64,000 nucleotides of DNA from an uncultured delta proteobacterium (lineage in GTDB: Bacteria; Myxococcota_A; Polyangia; Polyangiales; JAFGIB01): assembly GCA_963778655.1 (NCBI GenBank), contig CAVZVA010000003.1:448001-512000 (forward strand), in the 5' to 3' direction. The notes beneath the pieces were generated by a model. That model searched no databases. It was not told the origin of the DNA and worked only from the letters and a program-made list of their open reading frames with translations. Both the position numbers and the translations under genes were made by a program. Below, one piece after another: positions 41,923-54,937 of the stretch; positions within the stretch are counted from its first letter, which is position 1; every line of letters starts with the position of its first letter.

Positions 41923-43311
41923 TCAGCTCGCGTTCTGCTTGCCCGAGGGATCGCGATCGAGGAAGCGGTGGAACAGGCCGCCGTTACGCTTGCGGCGGGT
42001 CTCGCCCAGGCGCACCTCGCGGGCGGCCTCCAGGTTGTTGGGATTGAGCTTGAGCGCGCGCTTGAAATGGATCTGGGCTTCTTCCATGCGGCCCAGCTTC
42101 TTGAGCAGCATGCCCTTGTAGAAATAGGCGCGGTCGCAGGTGGGGTCGCGCTTGAGCGCGAGCTTGAGGTGCGTCCAGGCCTCGGGGTGCACGCGGCCGC
42201 TGGTGCTGTGGCGCAGGTAGAGCAGCCAGGCATAGAAGGCCTGATGGCCGGCGCTCGGCTCGAGGTCGAAGGCGCACTCGGCGGCCTGCAGCGCACCGCC
42301 GTAGTCGTTGCGCTTGAGCAGCAGCTCCGCCTTGCGCCGGTACGGCTCCGCGGCCGAGCCCCCGCCCACGCCCTGCGCCAGGTCGAGCGCGCCGAGCTCG
42401 GGCAGCGACGCGCTGGCTCGGGGCGGCTGGGAGGGCGTCACCGCATCGGTGCTGGCGACCACCTCGGTCGACCCATGGGCCGGCGTGCGCATGTGGTAGC
42501 GGCCGCCGCTGCCGCTGATCGAGCCCTGCAGCGGGTGCTTGCGCCGCGACGCCACACGCGGCCGCACGCCCGAGCTCGCGCTGCTGGTTTCGAGCAAGGT
42601 GGGCGAGGAGGGAGCGCTGAACTGCACCGTGGGCGGCGCGGCGCGCGGGGCACCCGCGGGCGGTGCGCCGGCCGCGGGCAGCGGGGGCGCGTGCACCACG
42701 GTGCCCGAAACCTGGCGCGTGATGGGCGCGCCGACCAGGGCGCGCGTGATGTACAGCAGGTAGATCAGGCGGCGAGTCACGCGCTGGGGCAGCGGGCTGC
42801 GCGCGCGCAGCTCGGCCAGCGTCATCGGCCGGTGCCGCAAGCCCTCGATCAGCGCGAGCGCCTCAGCGCTGAAACCGTAGCGCTCGAAGCTCGCGCCCGG
42901 CGCGATTCTGAGCAGGCGCTGCTCCAACGAGGACAGCACGCGGTCCACCGCGTCCTCCCGCACCGGCCCGCGCATCGCCGCGGCGATCACCACCACCGGG
43001 TCGACCTGCCCGACTACCACCGGGCCTTCGCCGAGCGCGTCCTGGCCCTCGAGCAGCACGAAGTCGTCGTCGGCGCGCGCACACAGGGGGATCAGCGCCT
43101 GCAGCAGATTGCCGGCAGGCCCGCCGCCCACGCGCGCCGCGGTGGGCACACCGTCCTCGAAGCGCACGCGCGCGGACACCGTACCGCCTGGAGCGCACAG
43201 CAGCAGCGTGCCGCTGCGCCGCGCGTCGAGCAGGTCTATCAACAGGTGCGTGAAGGGCAGCTCGCGCAGGCTGCCCCGGAAGGACGTTTCGACCGCTACT
43301 GCTGGCTCCAT
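41923..43311 (-). CDS. DUF4388-like domain plus C-terminal TPR protein
   Basis: RGSLRELPFTHLL..L...RSGTL; TPR AYFYKG..A..HFKRAL.LNP.N.EA. Confidence 0.75.
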   Translation of the reverse strand: MEPAVAVETSFRGSLRELPFTHLLIDLLDARRSGTLLLCAPGGTVSARVRFEDGVPTAARVGGGPAGNLLQALIPLCARADDDFVLLEGQDALGEGPVVVGQVDPVVVIAAAMRGPVREDAVDRVLSSLEQRLLRIAPGASFERYGFSAEALALIEGLRHRPMTLAELRARSPLPQRVTRRLIYLLYITRALVGAPITRQVSGTVVHAPPLPAAGAPPAGAPRAAPPTVQFSAPSSPTLLETSSASSGVRPRVASRRKHPLQGSISGSGGRYHMRTPAHGSTEVVASTDAVTPSQPPRASASLPELGALDLAQGVGGGSAAEPYRRKAELLLKRNDYGGALQAAECAFDLEPSAGHQAFYAWLLYLRHSTSGRVHPEAWTHLKLALKRDPTCDRAYFYKGMLLKKLGRMEEAQIHFKRALKLNPNNLEAAREVRLGETRRKRNGGLFHRFLDRDPSGKQNAS

Positions 43312-43566
43312 GCCGTGCTCGTGCTCCTCGTTTCTTGTCCAACCAAGATCATGTACCCGCAGCGGACCGCGGGGCTGAGGAATTCCTTACGGTTTCCAAA
43401 CCATTGAGGCCGCGCGCGCGGGGCGGACGCGTGATGGGTGTCGCGCGCAGTCGGGGCGGCGCGCACAGCGGCCCAGGTCGTGGGCGCAAGCTCGACAAGC
43501 TGCCACTCGACTTTGCGCCGGCGCGACCCATAGTATCCGCGGGGACGCGGTCCCCCGGCGTTTCGT

Positions 43567-45270
<1,704 letters not shown>

Positions 45271-45343
45271 GAGCTCACAGCAAGACAGCAAGACGGGAAG
45301 CCCTGGTCACTTCTCTGTTGCCGCCTTCCTGTTGCAGCTCCCG

Positions 45344-46885
45344 CTACCGGCGCGTGCGCCAGGCGTCTAACTCCTCCCGCCGCGGGTCGATCTCGGTGCG
45401 GCACGGCACGTCGAGGATCATCGTGTTGCGCCGCGCGCTGGTGTACGGCTCCCAAGCCGGCAGCCCGGGATGGCTCGGGTTTCCGCTGCGCGCGAACGCC
45501 ACCCACGCGTTGCTCACGGCCTCCACCAGCTGCGCCTTGTCCGGTCGGCCGCCGGTCATGGGCGAGATCTCGGTGTTGTCGAACACGAACGGAATCTCGA
45601 GCGCGTGCGCGGCCTTGAGCAGCCCTCCCAGGAAATCCGACTGCCAGGTGAACAGGTACATGTACACGGGGGCCGCATCGCCGTCGGCCTTGCGCTCGGC
45701 TAGGCGGATGGTCGCGCGGTGGAAGGGCTCGCTCTGAATCGCGATCAGCAGATCCCAGGGCGTGGCCTGGGGCCGCGTCTTCTTGTAGGCAGCCAGCACC
45801 TGCTCGAGCTTGGGCCCGAGCAGGGGTGCCACGCGCTGGCGCAGCTCCGCCTCGTCGAGCCGCCTGCGGCGCGGATCGGCGGCCAGAAACAGCGCGGCCT
45901 CGTCGAGATTGGAACCGATCAGCAAGGGAATGCCTGCGGCGGTGGGCGCGGCATCGGGATCGAAGGGATGCCGGGGCAGGTGTTTGCCGTCGACCACCGG
46001 CGACAGCGCCATCAGCCCACCCCCGCGCGCCAGCGGCGCCGTGCTGCCCGCGACGCCGCCCAGCCTGAGCTTGCCGGCGGCGTCGAGCAGGGCCTGGTCC
46101 GGCACCTGCTGCAGCGCGTCGAGCTTGTCGCGGCCGAGCCCCAGGCCCGAGAGCAGCTGCTCGGCGAGCGCGTTGGCGCTCTCGCGCTCCATTCCGCGCA
46201 GCCCGGGGCCGCTCTGCACGATCGCCTTGTGGAACAGCCCCCTGGCCGCGGGCATCGCGAGCAGCGTGCTGACCTTGGAGCCGCCGCCCGACTCGCCGAA
46301 GATGGTGACGTTGTCGGGGTCGCCGCCAAAGACGGCCGCGTTGTCGCGCACCCACTGCAGCGCCAGCACCACGTCGAGCAAGCCAGCCACGCCCGAGCCG
46401 GAGTACTTCTCACCGCCGAGGTCCGCCAGGTGCAGGTAGCCGAAGACGTTGAGCCGGTGGTTGATGGTGATGACCACCACGTCGCCGCGCCGGCTCAGGT
46501 GTGCGCCGTCGTACCAGCCTTCGGAGCCGGCGCCGGAGGCGTAGCCGCGGCCGTGCAGCCACAGCATCACCGGACGCCGGCCGTCCACGCCGGGCGTCCA
46601 CAGGTTGAGCACCAGGCAATCCTCGCTCACCGGCAGCTGGGGCAACGGCCCGACCACGCGCGAGTCGGCCAGCGCGTCCTCGACCAGGGCGCCGCGCTGC
46701 GGGCAGAGCGGCCCGTAGTCGAGCGCGTCGCGCACGCCGCTCCATGCCGGCGCCGGAAGCGGCGGCAGGAAGCGCCGCGCCCCTCCGGTCGGCGCGCCGT
46801 AGGGAATCCCCTTGAAGCAGAGCACGCCCTCCGCGCTGCTGCCCCGCAGCTTGCCCGCCCGCGTCTCGACCACGATCTCGGTCAT
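45344..46885 (-). CDS. Type B carboxylesterase (PnbA-like)
   Basis: [31 protein letters not shown]. Confidence 0.93.
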   Translation of the reverse strand: MTEIVVETRAGKLRGSSAEGVLCFKGIPYGAPTGGARRFLPPLPAPAWSGVRDALDYGPLCPQRGALVEDALADSRVVGPLPQLPVSEDCLVLNLWTPGVDGRRPVMLWLHGRGYASGAGSEGWYDGAHLSRRGDVVVITINHRLNVFGYLHLADLGGEKYSGSGVAGLLDVVLALQWVRDNAAVFGGDPDNVTIFGESGGGSKVSTLLAMPAARGLFHKAIVQSGPGLRGMERESANALAEQLLSGLGLGRDKLDALQQVPDQALLDAAGKLRLGGVAGSTAPLARGGGLMALSPVVDGKHLPRHPFDPDAAPTAAGIPLLIGSNLDEAALFLAADPRRRRLDEAELRQRVAPLLGPKLEQVLAAYKKTRPQATPWDLLIAIQSEPFHRATIRLAERKADGDAAPVYMYLFTWQSDFLGGLLKAAHALEIPFVFDNTEISPMTGGRPDKAQLVEAVSNAWVAFARSGNPSHPGLPAWEPYTSARRNTMILDVPCRTEIDPRREELDAWRTRR

Positions 46886-46953
46886 AGAAGGCACCTCCGC
46901 TCCGCCCACCGGCCACCTGGAGCGACGGTCATACCAGAGGCTCGCGGCGGCTT

Positions 46954-47826
46954 CTACCTCGCGACCGGCTTGAGCGCGACGCGGCCGTCCTTGACCACGA
47001 CCTCGAAGTCGATCTGCTTACCGGCGTGCTTGCGTTCCAGCTTGGGGATCATGTCGCGGACCGACTTGGCCACACTCTCGAGCTTGACGTTGTCGGTGCG
47101 CTCGCTGTTCTGGCGCCGCGCCTCGAGGTAGCGCTGGTAGATGCCGCGGATGCGGTCGTCCGACATGCCGCCGGGGGCGGCGGGCGAGGAGGTCGGCTTG
47201 CGCACGGTGGCCGCAGCCGGCGCAGGGCGGCGCGAAGCGCCGGGCGGAAGCGGCGGCGGCTTGCGGTTGACGCCGGCGTCCGCGGCCGGCGGCGGCGCCA
47301 GCAGCGCGTCGGTCGGCATCGCGAACGGGGTGATCTCGCGCAGGGCGCGCAAGGGCCTGTCGGTGCTGGGCGGCCGGCTGGGCGGGCGGCTCGAGGGGTG
47401 GGTCGGGGGCGTGCTCGGGGGCGGCGAGCTCGCCGCTGCGCTCTCGAGCGCTGCCTCGATGTCGATGTCGAGATCGAGCTCGTAGCCGTCGGCAGGCGCG
47501 GCCCGCCCGGCCTCGGCGCCGGCTGCGCGCCGCCGCGCGCGCAGCACGTCGCGCTTGTACGTGCCCTCCTCGATCTGACGCGTGATGCGCTGCCAGTAGG
47601 TGTTGTAGGTGGTGTAGCGCTGCACCAGCTGGTTGAACCGAAAGCGCAGCGCGGTGTTGCGCGGTTGGGCGCGACGCATCGCGGCGATCAGCTTGTCGAC
47701 GTCGGCGCGCTGCATCCGCGGCTCGGTGCGCTCGAGCCCATGAAACCACTGGTCGTAGAGCGTGCGCAGGCGCCGCAGGCGTATCTCCGCGTCGGCCAGC
47801 GTCGCCTCAAACTGCCGTTGGTCCAT
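46954..47826 (-). CDS. MXAN_5187 C-terminal-domain-like protein
   Basis: [47 protein letters not shown]. Confidence 0.7.
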   Translation of the reverse strand: MDQRQFEATLADAEIRLRRLRTLYDQWFHGLERTEPRMQRADVDKLIAAMRRAQPRNTALRFRFNQLVQRYTTYNTYWQRITRQIEEGTYKRDVLRARRRAAGAEAGRAAPADGYELDLDIDIEAALESAAASSPPPSTPPTHPSSRPPSRPPSTDRPLRALREITPFAMPTDALLAPPPAADAGVNRKPPPLPPGASRRPAPAAATVRKPTSSPAAPGGMSDDRIRGIYQRYLEARRQNSERTDNVKLESVAKSVRDMIPKLERKHAGKQIDFEVVVKDGRVALKPVAR

Positions 47827-47834
47827 GCCATTCG

Positions 47835-48509
47835 TCAAAGCGGATCGATGCGCAGGTTGTCGAACCAGAGCTCGGACTGCCAGTCGTTGAACCCAAAATG
47901 GTCGTGGCCGGACCCTTCGAGCGGGTGGGGATCGGTCATTTTCACGAGCTCGTGATCATCGACGACGGCTTTGATTGTAGCGCCCCGACGCTCGATTTTC
48001 ATGTGATAGGTCTTGCCCTGTACGACTTTGTAGGCGGGTCCCACCACACGATCCTCGCCGTGCTCGTTCATGCGTGCCAGCACGTTGAGCGAGTTGTTCC
48101 AGCCGCCGAAAATCACCACATAGCTGGTCGCGGTGTAGCTGATGGTCTCCGCCTTGGAGACGCCATCCCCGAACAACTCGACCTTGATGTCGCCCTCCGG
48201 AGAATCGCTGCGGACGTCGAAGCTCACGCGCACATCGCGCGGCAGGGTGCGCCGCAGCCACAGCGGTTTGTTGCGCGCTCCCCGCACGTGCAGCATGCCG
48301 TCGCGGATCGTGTAGGGGCCGCCGGTGTTCAGCCACTGGGTGCCCAGGTCCGCGCGGTCGAAGGCGTCGTGGAAGCCGCCGGGTCCGATCGCGGGATCGC
48401 CCTGCGGCGTGCAAGCGCCGAACGCGAGGGCGAGCACGAGCGCGCCGAGCACGAGCGCGCCTTGGCTGCGCGCTGAAGGAGTGCCATGCGGGTGCGGGTC
48501 AGGTGTCAT
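47835..48509 (-). CDS. Lipoprotein, concanavalin A/LamG-like fold
   Basis: Lipobox FGAC; beta-rich; ends WFDNLRI. Confidence 0.7.
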   Translation of the reverse strand: MTPDPHPHGTPSARSQGALVLGALVLALAFGACTPQGDPAIGPGGFHDAFDRADLGTQWLNTGGPYTIRDGMLHVRGARNKPLWLRRTLPRDVRVSFDVRSDSPEGDIKVELFGDGVSKAETISYTATSYVVIFGGWNNSLNVLARMNEHGEDRVVGPAYKVVQGKTYHMKIERRGATIKAVVDDHELVKMTDPHPLEGSGHDHFGFNDWQSELWFDNLRIDPL

Positions 48510-49732
48510 CACTTGGGATCCGTGCAGCCGTCCTCGTCGTCGTCGTGGTCTTCCAGCGCGGCCTGGTTCGGGCACAGGTCGTCGGCGTCGGGGACGAGGT
48601 CGTTGTCGTTGTCCGGATCGGGACAGCCGTCCTGATCCTGAAAGCCGTCGTGGTCTTCGGCCAGAAACGGGCAGGCGTCGCGGCTGTCGGGGACGCCGTC
48701 ATGATCGGCGTCGAAGTCGCCCGGCGTGTACCACAGCCCGAAGATCGCGCGGAACGCCGGCGAGCCCACGCCGCCCGTGAAGCCGGTGCCCACGCCGAGC
48801 GCGAGCGTGACGCGCGTGCTCACCGGGTAGACCCAGCCGAGCTCGCCCTCGACCGCGGTGGTGGCGCGCGAGCGAAAATCGCTGGCCCCGCGCACCTCGA
48901 CCACGCCGGCGAGCGGAAACAGCGGCGGAATGGGCAGCTTGAGCGCGGCCCCGAAGGTCATCTCGTCGCGCAGGCGCACGCCGTACAGACGCCGGCCCTC
49001 GAAGCGATGGCGGAAGCCGATGCTGCCGCCGAGGCCGGCGCCGAGCAGGTGAATGTCGCCGAGCAGGCGCCCCTCGACGCGCGTCGCGCCCTCGCCCGCG
49101 TAGGCGCCGTCGTCGCCGGCGGGAAGATCGGTGCCGAGCTGCAGCGCGACGCCGGGACCGTCGCGACGCATCTCGGGGTTGTCGCCCGGGTCGCCGAGGA
49201 AGCGGTAGCGCAGGCGCAGCGCGGGATCGCGCAGCGCGAACGCCGGTAGGCCGGGATCGCCCGCGGCCAGGCGCTGCCCCCCCTGGTACAGCACCAGCGG
49301 CAGCTCCAGCCCGAAGGCCACCCGCGAGCCGAGCCCGAGCTCGCCGCTGAGTAGGCCGCTCACACGCCGCTGCACCAGCCCGACCTTGCCGCCGCTGGCG
49401 CGGTCGACCTGCAGCAAGGTGGTGGTGAAACCGCTCCACAATCCCAGCGTCATCCGCCCCGTACCCGGCGTGCGCGTGCCCTGCACGCCGAGAAAGCCCT
49501 CGGCGTCGAGCCCGGGCGTGAAGCGCTCGAGGTCGACTGCGCGCTGGGCGCTCGCCGCCGAGGCGGCCAGCGCCAGGCCCAGCGACGCGGCGAGCGCGAG
49601 CGCGGCCGCGGACCGGCACAGGGGTGGAGCAGGCGGGGTCTGCGCGCTGCGCGGCCCGGCTTGCCAGCCCAGGCCCCTGCCCGCCCGGCCCTGCGCGGGG
49701 GCCGCTCCGGTCGCGCGGCCAAGCGCTACCAT
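48509..49732 (-). CDS. Beta-barrel protein with thrombospondin type-3 repeats; start uncertain
   Basis: Barrel strands then DADHDGVPDSRDACP..EDHDGFQDQDGCPD; no OmpA domain. Confidence 0.75.
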   Translation of the reverse strand: MVALGRATGAAPAQGRAGRGLGWQAGPRSAQTPPAPPLCRSAAALALAASLGLALAASAASAQRAVDLERFTPGLDAEGFLGVQGTRTPGTGRMTLGLWSGFTTTLLQVDRASGGKVGLVQRRVSGLLSGELGLGSRVAFGLELPLVLYQGGQRLAAGDPGLPAFALRDPALRLRYRFLGDPGDNPEMRRDGPGVALQLGTDLPAGDDGAYAGEGATRVEGRLLGDIHLLGAGLGGSIGFRHRFEGRRLYGVRLRDEMTFGAALKLPIPPLFPLAGVVEVRGASDFRSRATTAVEGELGWVYPVSTRVTLALGVGTGFTGGVGSPAFRAIFGLWYTPGDFDADHDGVPDSRDACPFLAEDHDGFQDQDGCPDPDNDNDLVPDADDLCPNQAALEDHDDDEDGCTDPK

Positions 49733-50661
49733 CGCCACAGCGGCAGCCGCCGTCCCCGGCCGGCTGCCGGCGCCGGGCGTTCGGGCGCAGGCGCAAGCCT
49801 CGGCTCGCGCGGGGCGGGCGCGGCCTGGCACGGCTCGGCTTGCGCGCCTGCGGGCTCGGCCTCGGGATCGAGCGGCGCGTCGAGGGCGAGCGCGCGCTGC
49901 AGCGAGCGGTCGAGCAGGTGCGCGGCTTTGACGTTGCCCATGGCCGCCAACATGCTCTCGCGCGCCTGGGGCGCAATGCGCTCGAGCTCACCGAGCAGGC
50001 GCTTGACCTGCTTGCGCTTGAGCTGCTCCTGCGAGCCGCACAGATCGCAGGGCAAGATGGGGAAGCGCATCAGCTCGGCGAAGCGCGCGATCACCGCCTC
50101 GTGCGCGTACAGCAGCGGGCGGATCACGACGTGCTTGCCGTCTCGGCTGCGCAGCTTGGGCGGCATCGACGCCAGCGCGCCGGTGTAGGTGAGATTGAGC
50201 AACAGAGTCTCGACTGCGTCGTCGCGGTGATGACCGAGCGCGATCTTGGTGCAGCCGAGCTCGCCGGCGACGCGGTACAGCACGCCGCGGCGCAGGCGCG
50301 AGCACAACGAGCAATAGGTCTTGCCCTCGGGCACGTGGCGCACCACCACGCTGTAGGTGTCCTCGCGCACGATGCGATGGGGGTAGCCCTCGGCCGCGAG
50401 AAACTCGCGCAGGGGCGCGCCGTCGTAACCCGGCTGGCCCTGATCGAGGTGCACGGCGAGCAGCTCGAACGGGAACGGCGCGCGCTGGCGGAAGCGCTCG
50501 AGCAAGGTGAGCAGGCTGTAGCTGTCCTTGCCGCCGCTGACGCAGACCATCACCTTGTCGCCCGGCGCGATCAGCTCGAAATCGGCGATGCAGCGCCCCA
50601 GCGCGCGCGCGAGCTGCGACTCGAGCACCCGGAGCTCCGATCTCTGCAAGGGCTGCGGCAT
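49726..50661 (-). CDS. ttcA: tRNA cytidine(32) 2-sulfurtransferase
   Basis: SGGKDS, CSLCSRLRRG, LGHHRDD, IRPL, PCDLCG. Confidence 0.95.
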   Translation of the reverse strand: MPQPLQRSELRVLESQLARALGRCIADFELIAPGDKVMVCVSGGKDSYSLLTLLERFRQRAPFPFELLAVHLDQGQPGYDGAPLREFLAAEGYPHRIVREDTYSVVVRHVPEGKTYCSLCSRLRRGVLYRVAGELGCTKIALGHHRDDAVETLLLNLTYTGALASMPPKLRSRDGKHVVIRPLLYAHEAVIARFAELMRFPILPCDLCGSQEQLKRKQVKRLLGELERIAPQARESMLAAMGNVKAAHLLDRSLQRALALDAPLDPEAEPAGAQAEPCQAAPAPREPRLAPAPERPAPAAGRGRRLPLWRW

Positions 50662-50854
50662 GGCTGGAGTGCGCTGGTTCCGTGGGCAGGGCGGGCGTTG
50701 GAGGCGGCGCGGAGGCGGCAACCCGCCGGGAACGCACGGATCGCGCGCTCCCGCGCCCGACACCGTGGGCCGCAGCCAGTGGGTGTAGCAAAAGGCCGCG
50801 CGCGCCGCCATGGCCGGCTTGCCAGGCCGGGCCACCGCCTGTACACCGCTGCCC

Positions 50855-52348
50855 GTGACGCTGCGTCTGCACAACACGCTGAGCGGCCGGCTCGAGCCGT
50901 TCGAGCCCGCCGTTGCCGGGCACGCCGGGCTCTACGTGTGCGGGCCGACCGTCTACAACCACGCGCACGTGGGCCACATGCGCGGGGCGCTGACCTACGA
51001 CATCCTGGTGCGCCACCTGCGCGAGCACGGCGTGCAGGTCAAATACGTCCGCAACATCACCGATGTCGAGGACAAGATCCTCAAGCGCGCCGCCGAGCGG
51101 GGCGAGAGCCCGCACGAGCTGGCCGCGCGCTACGAGCGTGCCTACCACGAGGACGTGGCACGCCTGGGCCTGCTGCCGCCCGACCTGGAGCCCCGGGTCA
51201 GCGAGCACATGGACGACATCCGCGCGCTGATCACGCGTCTGGTCGACAAGGGCGCCGCCTACGCGTCGGACGGCGACGTGTACTTCAGCGTCCAAGCCTT
51301 CCCCGAGTACGGCAAGCTCTCGCATCGCAAGCAATCCGATCTCGAGTACGGCGCGAGCGGGCGGCTCGACGACGAGGAGCGGCGGCGCAAGCGCCACCCG
51401 GCCGACTTCGCGTTGTGGAAGGGTGCCAAGCAGGGCGAGCCGTCGTGGGAAAGCCCCTGGGGCCCAGGCAGGCCCGGCTGGCACATCGAGTGCTCGGCGA
51501 TGGCCATGCGCTACCTGGGCGACTCGTTCGACCTGCACGGCGGCGGGCTCGACCTGGTCTTCCCGCACCATGAGAACGAGATCGCACAGAGCGAGGCGGC
51601 CACCGGCAAACCGCTGTCGCGGATGTGGGTGCACAACGGGTTCATCGAGGTGGGCCGCGAGAAGATGAGCAAGAGCCTCGGCAACTTCCTGACCGCGGAG
51701 GAGTGCTACGCGCTGGTCGAGCCCGAAGCGCTGCGCTACCTGGTGCTGACCGTGCACTACCGGGCGCCGCTCAACCTGGACTGGCGCCGCGATGACCAGG
51801 GGCGGGCGATCGCGTGCCCGCAGCTCGAGGAAGCCGAGCGCAGGGTGGAATACCTGTACCGGACGCGCGCGCGCCTGCAGGCGATCCCGCAAGCCAAGAC
51901 GGTCGAGGCCGGCGAGGTGCCCGAGGCGCTCTCGGGCCTTGCCGCGAGCCTCGGCGCCGCGCTCGACGAGGACCTCAACACGCCGGTTGCGCTGGCAGCG
52001 GTGGCGGAGTTCCTGAAGCAGGTCAACGAGCTGGCGGAGCTGGCCAAGGGCAAGAAGAGCCGGGTCGGTCGCGCAGCGCTGGCCGCGGCCCACGCCGGCT
52101 TCGACGTGCTCGGCCGCGTGCTCGGGCTCGGCCTGGGCGACGCGGACGCGTTGCTCGAGCGCATTCGCGAGCGCCGCGCGGCGCGCCTGGGCGTGCGCGG
52201 CGAGGACGTGGAGCGCCGCATCGCCGAGCGCGTAGCCGCGCGGGCGGCCCGCGACTTCGCGCGCGCCGATCAGATCCGCGACGAGATCACCGCGCTCGGC
52301 ATCGAGCTGATGGACGGCCCCGAAGGCACCACCTGGCGCATCGCCTAG
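50855..52348 (+). CDS. cysS: Cysteine--tRNA ligase
   Basis: [39 protein letters not shown]. Confidence 0.98.
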   Translation: MTLRLHNTLSGRLEPFEPAVAGHAGLYVCGPTVYNHAHVGHMRGALTYDILVRHLREHGVQVKYVRNITDVEDKILKRAAERGESPHELAARYERAYHEDVARLGLLPPDLEPRVSEHMDDIRALITRLVDKGAAYASDGDVYFSVQAFPEYGKLSHRKQSDLEYGASGRLDDEERRRKRHPADFALWKGAKQGEPSWESPWGPGRPGWHIECSAMAMRYLGDSFDLHGGGLDLVFPHHENEIAQSEAATGKPLSRMWVHNGFIEVGREKMSKSLGNFLTAEECYALVEPEALRYLVLTVHYRAPLNLDWRRDDQGRAIACPQLEEAERRVEYLYRTRARLQAIPQAKTVEAGEVPEALSGLAASLGAALDEDLNTPVALAAVAEFLKQVNELAELAKGKKSRVGRAALAAAHAGFDVLGRVLGLGLGDADALLERIRERRAARLGVRGEDVERRIAERVAARAARDFARADQIRDEITALGIELMDGPEGTTWRIA

Positions 52349-52380
52349 CGAGCTCTTGGTTTCTAAATCCGCTCCGGGAT

Positions 52381-53394
52381 CTAGGCGATCGCGCTGCTGG
52401 CGGGGCTGGCGGCGGGCTCAGTGTTCAGGGTGGTGTTGATCGCGGCCTGTGCGGCGACCTTGGTCAGCCAGCCCGCGTACACGCCGAACACGATGGCGCG
52501 GTAGATCGCCCAGGAGATGACGTCGAGCCCAGGCGCCTTGGTCAGAAAGAAGAGAAGGCCGACGACGATCGCGAAAGCGAAGCCGCCCAAGAGCACGCTC
52601 AGGGACGCGGTCAGGACCGACTTCTTCGACGCAGCCGCAGGCGGGGCGACGCCCAGGAGGGTTTCGTTGCGCGCCTGCGACTTTGCGGCGCCGGCGAGCA
52701 GCCACGTCAGCAGCAGGAGCGCGATCACCGTATCGCCCACGATGTGCTTCGACGGCACGATCGCGCCCGCTTGCGCGAACGGGACCGGCGAGAGCGCGAA
52801 GGCCAGCGCGCCGTTGATGATCGTGTTGGCGATGCCGTGGGGCAAGGCGAAATGCCGCCACAAGTATTGATTGGGCGTGCCCACGAAGCCTCGCTGCTCG
52901 CGCGGCTTGCGGATCGTGCGCAGGAATGGCTGCCCAGAGACTACCCAGGTGACGCCCGCGCATAGCAGCGCGCCCGCAAGAGCGTAGCGCGCGGCAAAGA
53001 CGCCACGGGTCATGGTGTGGACGTCGGCATGCATCCCGAGGAAGTAGCCGATCACCGCGGGCACGAGGCCGAACACGAACGCGTTGACCGTGGCCAGGCG
53101 CCAGGGGTTCTCCGCGCCGGGTTGCGCGCTCGCGGCTTGCGTCGCCTCGGGCAGAATGATCCTGCCCTTGAGCACGCCTTTGGACATGCCCATCAGCACA
53201 CTGTGCGTGGCGAAGTACGGGATGAACAGGAGCGTGAGCGCACTGGCCGTCGCCATCTCGAGCGCCGACATGTGCTCGGTTCTGCCGCCGCCCGAAAACA
53301 AGGAGATCGGATACAGGAGCAAGAACCAAATCGCGCTGCTGGTGAGCGTCGTGACGACGCGCGCTCGTGCGTAGGGGGCCGGTGACAGGGTCAT
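52381..53394 (-). CDS. Polytopic membrane protein, unknown function
   Basis: About 8 TM in two halves; AAGGA RBS. Confidence 0.75.
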   Translation of the reverse strand: MTLSPAPYARARVVTTLTSSAIWFLLLYPISLFSGGGRTEHMSALEMATASALTLLFIPYFATHSVLMGMSKGVLKGRIILPEATQAASAQPGAENPWRLATVNAFVFGLVPAVIGYFLGMHADVHTMTRGVFAARYALAGALLCAGVTWVVSGQPFLRTIRKPREQRGFVGTPNQYLWRHFALPHGIANTIINGALAFALSPVPFAQAGAIVPSKHIVGDTVIALLLLTWLLAGAAKSQARNETLLGVAPPAAASKKSVLTASLSVLLGGFAFAIVVGLLFFLTKAPGLDVISWAIYRAIVFGVYAGWLTKVAAQAAINTTLNTEPAASPASSAIA

Positions 53395-53748
53395 GGGCGA
53401 TCCTTACAACAAACGGGGAAACGGGGACACCACCGCCTCGTGACGCACCCCGTTCAGGCGGCGGTGGCCTCGACCCGCAGCGCGACCGAGCCGCAAGGTC
53501 CGGACAAATGGGACAACTGTGGCTGGCCGCCGCGCACCCCCCGCGGGCGACTCGTCACATCTGCCATAGCCTGCCGGAATCAGAATCCGGTCTTTCTGCG
53601 CGGACAGTCGGCACCCCTGCTCTGGCCGCACCGACGCAAGCGCCCAAAGCGGCCCCGTTGGCTCATGCCTGGCTCGTGCCTGCCTCGCAGCTCGCCGGCT
53701 TCGGGCAGCGAGCGCAACCAGGCGCTGTCGCGGGCGTTGAGACCCGAG

Positions 53749-54826
53749 TCAGGCGCCGAGCCAGAACAGGATCACCGCGAGCATGGTGATGAGATCGAAC
53801 GCCACCACCACCCAGAGCCAGCGCCGGCCCGGACTGCGTACCCGGCGGTGCGTCTGCTCGGCGCCCACTTCTTCCAGCTCGTGCTCGCGGCCAAGCGCGA
53901 TCAGGCATTCACGGGTGGCGGCGTCCACATCGGGCGTGCGCGGTGCGCGTCTGAGGTAGCCGAGCGCCTCCTCGTGCTCGCCGAGGGCCGTAGTGCTCAC
54001 ACCGAGCAGGGCCCACACCTCGCGGAGCTGCTCTGGGCTCAGGTGGGCATCGGCGCGCATCTGGTGGCACAGCCGCGCAGCCTCGCGCGGATTGCCCTGC
54101 TGGAGCGCCGCCCACCCCTCCCGCAGCATGCCGCCGCCACGCGCGTGCGAGCCGTACACGGTGCCGGAGCTGACCTGCCCGCGCAGGGCGCTGACGTTCT
54201 GCCAGCCGAGCAGCAGCACGATGAGCATGTTCCAGCCGCTCGCGTAGCGCGCCAGGAACATCCACACCAGCACCGCGCCGATGAGGACAAGGCTCGTCAC
54301 GTGCGTGGCGCGGTCGGCGCTGCGCGCCGTGGGCAGCAGCTTCTGCATGCCGAGCCGGTAGAGCTGGCCACCGTCCAGCGGCCACAGGGGCAGCAAGTTC
54401 AAGACGCTCCAGCCCAGGTTGACGAAGAGCAGCGCCTGGATGCCCATTGCCAGCGCCTTGCCCGGGAAGAGCAGCACGGGGTTCCGTCCGACGCAGCGCG
54501 AACGCCGCGGCCAGCGTCAGCAGGCCGAACAGCAGCCCGGCCGCAGGGCCCGAAGCCACGATCAGCGCTTCGTCCTGGCGGCGCTCGGCGCGCTGGTGCG
54601 AGGTCAAGCCGCCGAAGCCGTGCAGCAGCACCTGCGGGCTCAATCCGTACGCGCGCGCCACCAGCGCGTGGCCGAGCTCGTGCACCAGCAGCCCCGCGGT
54701 GATGCAGGCGGCACGCAAAAGGCCGCTGCGAAGGTCGCCTCGACCGAACATGTACAGCACCAGCAGGTAGAATGGGCTGACCGATACGGGGATGCCGAAC
54801 GCACTGAACAGATAGAAGCCGCGCAC
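53749..54826 (-). CDS. Site-2 protease (M50) with TPR-like tail; frameshift near 54480
   Basis: HELGH and ASGP in one frame; NLLPLWPLDGG in the next, after a C4 run. Confidence 0.85.
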
Positions 54827-54937
54827 GGCGGGATCCTAGATCAGCGGTGACGATCATGGAACGACCTTGCATCGCGCGGGACCGCCGACCCGCCGTGAGG
54901 GCTGCAATGCGGGCGTTCGCGCGCGTTTGGCTCGCTA

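Noticed and set aside
52340..52389. ATCGCCTAG/CTAGGCGAT inverted repeat as a third CTAG element
   Set aside because: The arms are the last codons of two convergent genes that both end IA*; no internal fold-back.
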